NCBI GenBank assembly: GCA_043819555.1
Contig: JBDREQ010000015.1
Coordinates: 1 to 52,126, forward strand
Direction of reading: 5' to 3'
DNA from: Candidatus Zixiibacteriota bacterium
GTDB taxonomy: Bacteria; Zixibacteria; MSB-5A5; GN15; JAAZOE01
Length of the DNA stretch: 52,126 nt
This document shows, piece by piece, positions 47,841-52,126 of the stretch. The position numbers and the translations under genes are program-made. Every line of letters starts with the position of its first letter. The first letter of the stretch is position 1. The notes beneath the pieces were generated by a model. That model had not been told where the DNA came from. It was given only the letters and a program-made list of their open reading frames with translations, and ran no database searches.

Positions 47841-50800
47841 ATGACTGATTGGTTAGTAGACAAATTGAGAGCGTATTTTCCATTTGGATTGCAGATTTCA
47901 AAGGCCTCCTGGAATTTGTTCAATTTAAGATCGCATCTGACGAATTATCAAGACGTTTACCAGGCGACAAATATAAAATACCTGAGAGAGCTGGCTCATC
48001 TTATCAATCAGGATAATATACGACAAATGAAGACCGGAGTTTTTATCCATGCCGGACAAATTAACACTGCCGGGCTGATTACTGATATTCTCAGGTATCT
48101 GCTTATTCGGTACTGTCATCAAGACTACCCGGATATTATCGATAAAGCCCTGAGAGAAGTAAAAACAGAGGGCGCTCAGAAAGCCATGGAAAAAACGGCT
48201 CCGGTTTTTGTAGATCATTATCCGCCCCCGGAAGTAATCTATGGGATGCGTGCGCGGGACGAATACCTGATCGAAAACACCGGGAATATTAAAAATCAGG
48301 AATTGATTCTTGCCGAAGCGATTATCTTGAATCTGACCGTTGCTAATCCGGCTTTCAATATCCTGAAATCTCTTTTCGATGATTCCGAGTTTGATTCCAA
48401 GAGCCGGTATTCGTTGTTAATAAGAGAGCTGGAGACTATATTCGCCAGCCTGCCCGTATTTGAACCTTTGGGGGTGCATTTGTTTGAATGCCTCAAAGCC
48501 CCAATGAAAGCCTGTCCTGATTCGCTCGAAGATCAACTCGAATATATAAAGGCCAATTGGTTATCATTTTTGCCGAAGTCGATTCTTGAAGCAATAATTA
48601 GAGCCCGAGATATCTCATCTGAAGAAAAGAAGATCAGGGGGGCTGGACCCGGCCCGAATATCCCATTGACATTCGATAATCGGGCACAGTGGTTTGAAGG
48701 AACTTATCCTGAGCATGCTGCCTTTAGCCATGACGCCGACTGGATGTCAAATGTCGTTCTTATGGCCAAATCGGTTTATGTCTGGCTCGATCAGCTTTCG
48801 AAAAAATACGGGCATCATATAAAATATCTCAGCGATGTCCCAAATGAAGAGCTGGATTTATTGTCCGGTTGGGGATTCACGGGATTATGGCTGATCGGGC
48901 TTTGGGAACGCTCATCGGCATCCAAAAAAATAAAACAGATTATGGGCAATCCGGAAGCTGCTCCATCGGCATATTCAATATTTGATTATGCCATCGCTCA
49001 TGACCTTGGAGGCGAGTCGGCTTACGCGAATCTCAAGGATCGCGCCTGGCAAAGAGGCATCAGGCTGGCCAGTGACATGGTTCCTAATCACATGGGCATA
49101 TATTCCAGGTGGGTAATTGAACACCCTGATCGGTTTTTAAATTTATCTGAAGCGCCATATCCATGGTACAGCTACACCGGTGTGAATTTGTCGGAAAATG
49201 ACAGAACCGTTATCCAGATTGAGGACGGATACTGGGAGAAAAGAGATGCCGCTGTGGTTTTCAAAAGAATCGACAAATGGACCGGGGAAGCCAAATATAT
49301 CTACCACGGCAACGACGGCACCAGCACCCCCTGGAATGATACCGCACAATTGAATTTTCTAATACCGGAAGTGCGTGAGGCTGTAATTCAGACAATCCTT
49401 ACGGTTGCCCGAAAATTCTCGATAATCCGTTTCGATGCCGCCATGACCCTGGCCAAAAAACATTATCAAAGACTATGGTTCCCCAAACCGGGAGAGGGAG
49501 GCGATATTCCCACCCGTTCTCAATTTGCGATGTCGCGCGGAGATTTTGACAGGTATTTTCCACATGAATTCTGGCGTGAAGTAGTTGACCGAGTTGCCGC
49601 GGAAGTTCCCGATACGCTTCTTTTGGCCGAAGCATTCTGGCTGATGGAAGGATATTTCGTCAGAACTCTTGGGATGCACCGGGTTTATAACAGCGCTTTT
49701 ATGAATATGCTTAAAGATGAGGATAATTCAAAATATCGAACGACAATTAAAAACGTTCTTGAGTTTAGCCCGCAAATATTGAAACGTTTTGTCAATTTTA
49801 TGAGCAATCCTGACGAAGAGACTGCGGTTGGCCAATTCGGTAAGGGCGACAAATATATAGGAATAGCGGTCATGATGGTCACTATGCCGGGCCTGCCCAT
49901 GTTCGGACATGGTCAAATAGAAGGATTCACCGAAAAATACGGTATGGAATATTACCGCGCTTACTGGGATGAAACCCCTGACAATAGTTTAATTGGCCGT
50001 CATAAACATGAAATATTCCCCCTGATGAGGCGCCGCAATCTATTCAGCGGCTCTGAAAATTTCGCCTTTTTCGATTTTGTACGACATGATGGAAATGTCG
50101 ATGAAAATGTTTTGCCTACTGCAATCGCTTCGAAAATGAACGGGCTATTATCATTTATAATAATTCTTACGGTTCAACCGAAGGCCGGATTCATACCTCC
50201 ACGGCTATCAATATTAAAGAAGGGGAGGATAAACAACTTATTCAAAAATCAATAGGCGAGGCGTTAAGTCTCAACGCTAACGAAAACATATTTTACAAAT
50301 TCCATGATTACAATGTGGGATTGGAATATTTGCGCAGCGCCCGGCAAATAGCAAACGATGGATTGCATGTATTCCTTAATGGCTATCAGTATCATGCCTT
50401 TTTGAATTTCGTGGAAATTTATGACGTAAATGGCGTGTGGGGAAAATTGAATGAAAGGCTTGGGGGAAGAGGAGTTCGGAATCTGGAAGAAGAATTAAAA
50501 TTTATGCAATTGGAACCGGTTCTGAATCCTTTGCGGGCAGTTTTATCGCAGAAGACAATTGATTCCATAAAAGGCGGCGCCAAAGAAGGCATGAGTATCA
50601 TTAAAAAAGATATCAGTAAGTTGTATGATGCAATAATGGCATACATGAATTGGGTTACCATGGATGAAAGCATAATGTCCGCATCAATTATGAATATTGA
50701 AAAATTAAGTTTGTTGTGTTCAGATAAACGCCTGGCAGATTCAATAATCGGGCGAGAGCATATTTTGTTGGGCGCTATAATTATTGATTCCTTTAAGAAA

Positions 50801-51259
50801 TTGCAGGCGGGAAAATCAGAGATAAGACAAAGGGAATTCATAAATGACTTGTTTAATGACTGGATGTTGAGACCTGCTCTTAGATCATGTTTTGAATCAA
50901 TCGCAGGTGATGAATCCACGGCATATGCAGATGTTCTGCTGACTGAGGTTCTCGTTAAATTCCCGGAACTTGTGTCCGATTTATATGAGAAGGAAGAAAT
51001 AAAATTCGGCGGAGATTTTATTGATACCGGGTTCGTAAAGGAATATTTACAGGTCAACGAATATGAAGGCAATTGGTATTTTAATAAAGAGTATTTTGAA
51101 AAATTAATTGAGACTCTTTTGAGTTTAACTATCATTAAAAATCCCCAAAAATCACTATCTAAGAAAAAATATTCGGCTTTGTGTAAAGTCGCTTTGAATT
51201 CCAAAAAGATGGCGGAAAAATTGTCATATCGATTGGATAAGTTTGTAATCCTTAAATAA
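47841..51259 (+). pseudogene. Large GH13 alpha-amylase-family gene interrupted by a 1-nt frameshift near 50110 (about 1139 aa if repaired)
   Basis: GH13 motifs LASDMVPNHMG, IRFDAAM, LLAEAFW, FMSNPDE. GAT GAA AAT GTTTT GCC lacks one T; the shifted frame reads FAYCNRFENERAIIIYNNSYG... without stops into ORF 50315..51259. Confidence 0.85.
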
Positions 51260-51392
51260 TAGCCAAAATCATGCCAAAGCATCTGATATCCATGTCTAAA
51301 TATTAAGCAGTTGCTGTTATATAAGTTAACTGATTTTAGTTAAAGCGTAAAATCATGATTTTTTTCAAAATAATTTAAATTGCCGTGTCTGC

Positions 51393-51851
51393 GTGTCCGA
51401 TAATCCGAATATGACAAGTTTATTCAAGGAAGATGCTAATCGAAAACTCAGGCGTCCGGCCGCCAAAGCTTTGCAAGTCTTTGATATTCATACTAAACAA
51501 CTTATGGGTCATACTCTCGATATGTCGCTGGAAGGTATGAAACTGCTGAGCGTATATCCGCTCCGGGTTCATCATTTGTATTTCTGCCGGGTGCCGCTCG
51601 ATAAAAAAATCTATGGATACAGTGAATTATCGTTTGATGCCGAATGCCGGTGGTGCAAGAAAAACGAAGAAACCGGGTTTTATAATTCCGGCTATTTGCT
51701 CAAATTCCATAAGGCCAAAAATATCGAAATAATAGAAGCGGTCCTGCGCGAATGGATGATGGATCATTCCGACAGACTCAATTCGCATCTAAAAGTCGAG
51801 CGCCGTAAAGGTCCGCGTTTCATTCCCAGTATCTTTGGAAAAAAGAAATAG
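51393..51851 (+). CDS. PilZ-domain protein
   Basis: RKLRR (RxxxR) and DMSLEG (DxSxxG) motifs, then AECRWC...YNSGY. Confidence 0.8.
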   Translation: MSDNPNMTSLFKEDANRKLRRPAAKALQVFDIHTKQLMGHTLDMSLEGMKLLSVYPLRVHHLYFCRVPLDKKIYGYSELSFDAECRWCKKNEETGFYNSGYLLKFHKAKNIEIIEAVLREWMMDHSDRLNSHLKVERRKGPRFIPSIFGKKK

Positions 51852-51985
51852 TAATTATCTCCAAAGATCGGATTTCTAAGGCGATTTTGCCGTCATCAAC
51901 ACTCCAAGATGGATTAGTTTTGTAAATAAGTACTTTTGGGTCATATCAAATCGGTGTTGATTACGAACACACCCCGTCCGGCTGA

Positions 51986-52126
51986 TGAACGGACGGGTAC
52001 ATAGGTAACAGATTGATCCGGGCAGATAGGTAACACTTTTTGTTAAATAAATCAATCATAGTCTTTTTTTGTTCTCTTTTTTGTATTCGGTGGTCTGATA
52101 ATGCTGCAATGATAATCATCAAGAAG
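51986..52126 (-). mobile_element. Probable terminal region of an IS481-family insertion sequence extending beyond the window
   Basis: Tandem ATAGGTAACA boxes at 52001-52010 and 52026-52035 followed by CTTTT, a pattern recalled from IS481-family ends. An open minus-strand frame enters from the edge (LLDDYHCSIIRPPNTKKRTKKDYD*, stop 52052-52054). Confidence 0.55.

Noticed and set aside
50100..50125. Programmed -1 ribosomal frameshift in the GH13 gene
   Set aside because: No X XXY YYZ slippery heptamer or obvious stimulatory structure; a single-base loss in a T run is simpler.
50419..51282. 287-aa minus-strand ORF
   Set aside because: Antisense shadow of the GH13 C-terminal region with no recognisable motifs.
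51973..51997. Hammerhead ribozyme suggested by CTGATGA
   Set aside because: CTGATGA sits in a simple hairpin loop, with no following stem II, GAAA and stem III arrangement.
1..52126. CRISPR arrays, tRNA or rRNA genes, selABCD genes, prophage
   Set aside because: None recognised. The repeats seen are protein-coding (dockerin halves, TSGG and KKKVA units). Sec machinery, if present, must lie outside this window.

Overview
Bacterial chromosomal window using the standard genetic code. Three secreted proteins carry the 'GDANxDxxxNVGDAVxxINHxFKGGPxP' dockerin-like C-terminal tag, which suggests a Zixibacteria-like organism (inference, not a database result). It holds signalling genes (Ser/Thr kinase with an FHA-GAF-PP2C partner, a hybrid PAS histidine kinase, PilZ), many peptidases (C10, two M14, M28, M3B PepF, M24), a non-pyrrolysine MttB/corrinoid/homocysteine-methyltransferase operon, a Fur-boxed fur-feoA-feoB operon and several transporters. 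Main finding: two ORFs split by the ORF track (21013..21573 and 20179..20976, minus strand) are one in-frame 464-aa gene. An in-frame TGA occupies the first Cys position of a thioredoxin-like U-P-F-C motif and is followed by a bacterial SECIS-like hairpin, giving a secreted, dockerin-tagged candidate selenoprotein upstream of a small CxGGxC-tailed exported protein and a beta-barrel. Other highlights: an archaeal-type gatE-gatD operon and a stand-alone archaeal-type ThrRS editing domain in a bacterium, an active/inactive M14 peptidase pair, a histone-H1-like protein with a Cys/His tail, a missed FeoB-associated small protein, a TonB-receptor-like gene remnant, a frameshifted GH13 gene and a probable IS481-family end at the right edge. 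All family assignments come from motif recognition by eye; no searches were run.
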